In this document: positions 63,551-64,000 of the stretch, piece by piece
Numbering within the stretch: the first letter of the stretch is position 1
Layout: each line of letters begins with the position of its first letter
From: Octopus sinensis
Taxonomy: Eukaryota
DNA: 64,000 nucleotides
Assembly (NCBI RefSeq): GCF_006345805.1
Contig: NC_043003.1
Span: 105,090,001 to 105,154,000 of the forward strand
Direction: 5' to 3'
Program-made: the position numbers and the translations under genes
Notes under the pieces: generated by a model
What the model was told of the DNA's origin: nothing
Databases searched by the model: none
What the model saw: the letters and a program-made list of their open reading frames with translations, nothing else

Positions 63551-64000
63551 ACCTGCATCTCTCCACACAGCCACTTTGTTGATATTTTCTCATACCACCT
63601 TCAGTTAGTGTCATAAACCAAAATTAGGAACTATAAATTTTGTCATAAATTATATTAATTACAAAATTAACATTTGATTTTTTTTTTGTCAAGTGTCTTC
63701 TTTATACAGTTTTGAATCTTTTCTTTATTTTTTTTATTCCGATTTATAACAACAAAACTGTAACCCCATCTCTCTTTATCTGTAATTCCATAATAGAATT
63801 AACGTTATCTCTTGGAATACGAAAGATGAATTCATAAGCAGTTGGTGCCCTGTTTTTTATGCTTTTGTGAATCACCAAAGAGAAAAAACATCACCCCCCA
63901 CTAGGAACCCAGATAGCTTATATTAAAAATGTCTAAACACACTTTCTATCATAATATAAAGCTTAAAAAAACAACTACATATACCCATAGAGTACTGATA

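Overview
AT-rich, repeat-saturated animal genomic DNA, intronic or intergenic. The SINE families and microsatellite load look like an octopus or other coleoid cephalopod genome; this is inferred from pattern recognition, not a database hit. Nearly all ORFs in the supplied track are translations of microsatellites or SINEs. The only credible host-gene signal is a 60-nt + strand exon (15009-15068) encoding the start of a CRIP/CSRP-type LIM domain ([13 protein letters not shown], phase-1 GT donor). The window holds dozens of tRNA-derived SINE copies (families here called A, B, C and E). It also holds decayed hAT, mariner, Penelope (GIY-YIG), RTE-like and CR1/L2-like coding relics, a Helentron-type element and several MITEs, one with GG-starting TIRs and an 8-bp TSD. 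The most interesting signal is nine minimal type I hammerhead-ribozyme-like motifs from about five sequence families. Most sit at (AT)n tracts, often in inverted partial duplications, and some show compensatory stem changes, consistent with Penelope-like element termini. Other notable structure: a 745-bp near-perfect palindrome, a 2.7-kb noisy palindrome plus 1-kb tandem duplication (possible assembly artefact), and a switch to CpG-depleted sequence after about 43.3 kb. Repeat boundaries are approximate and read by eye.
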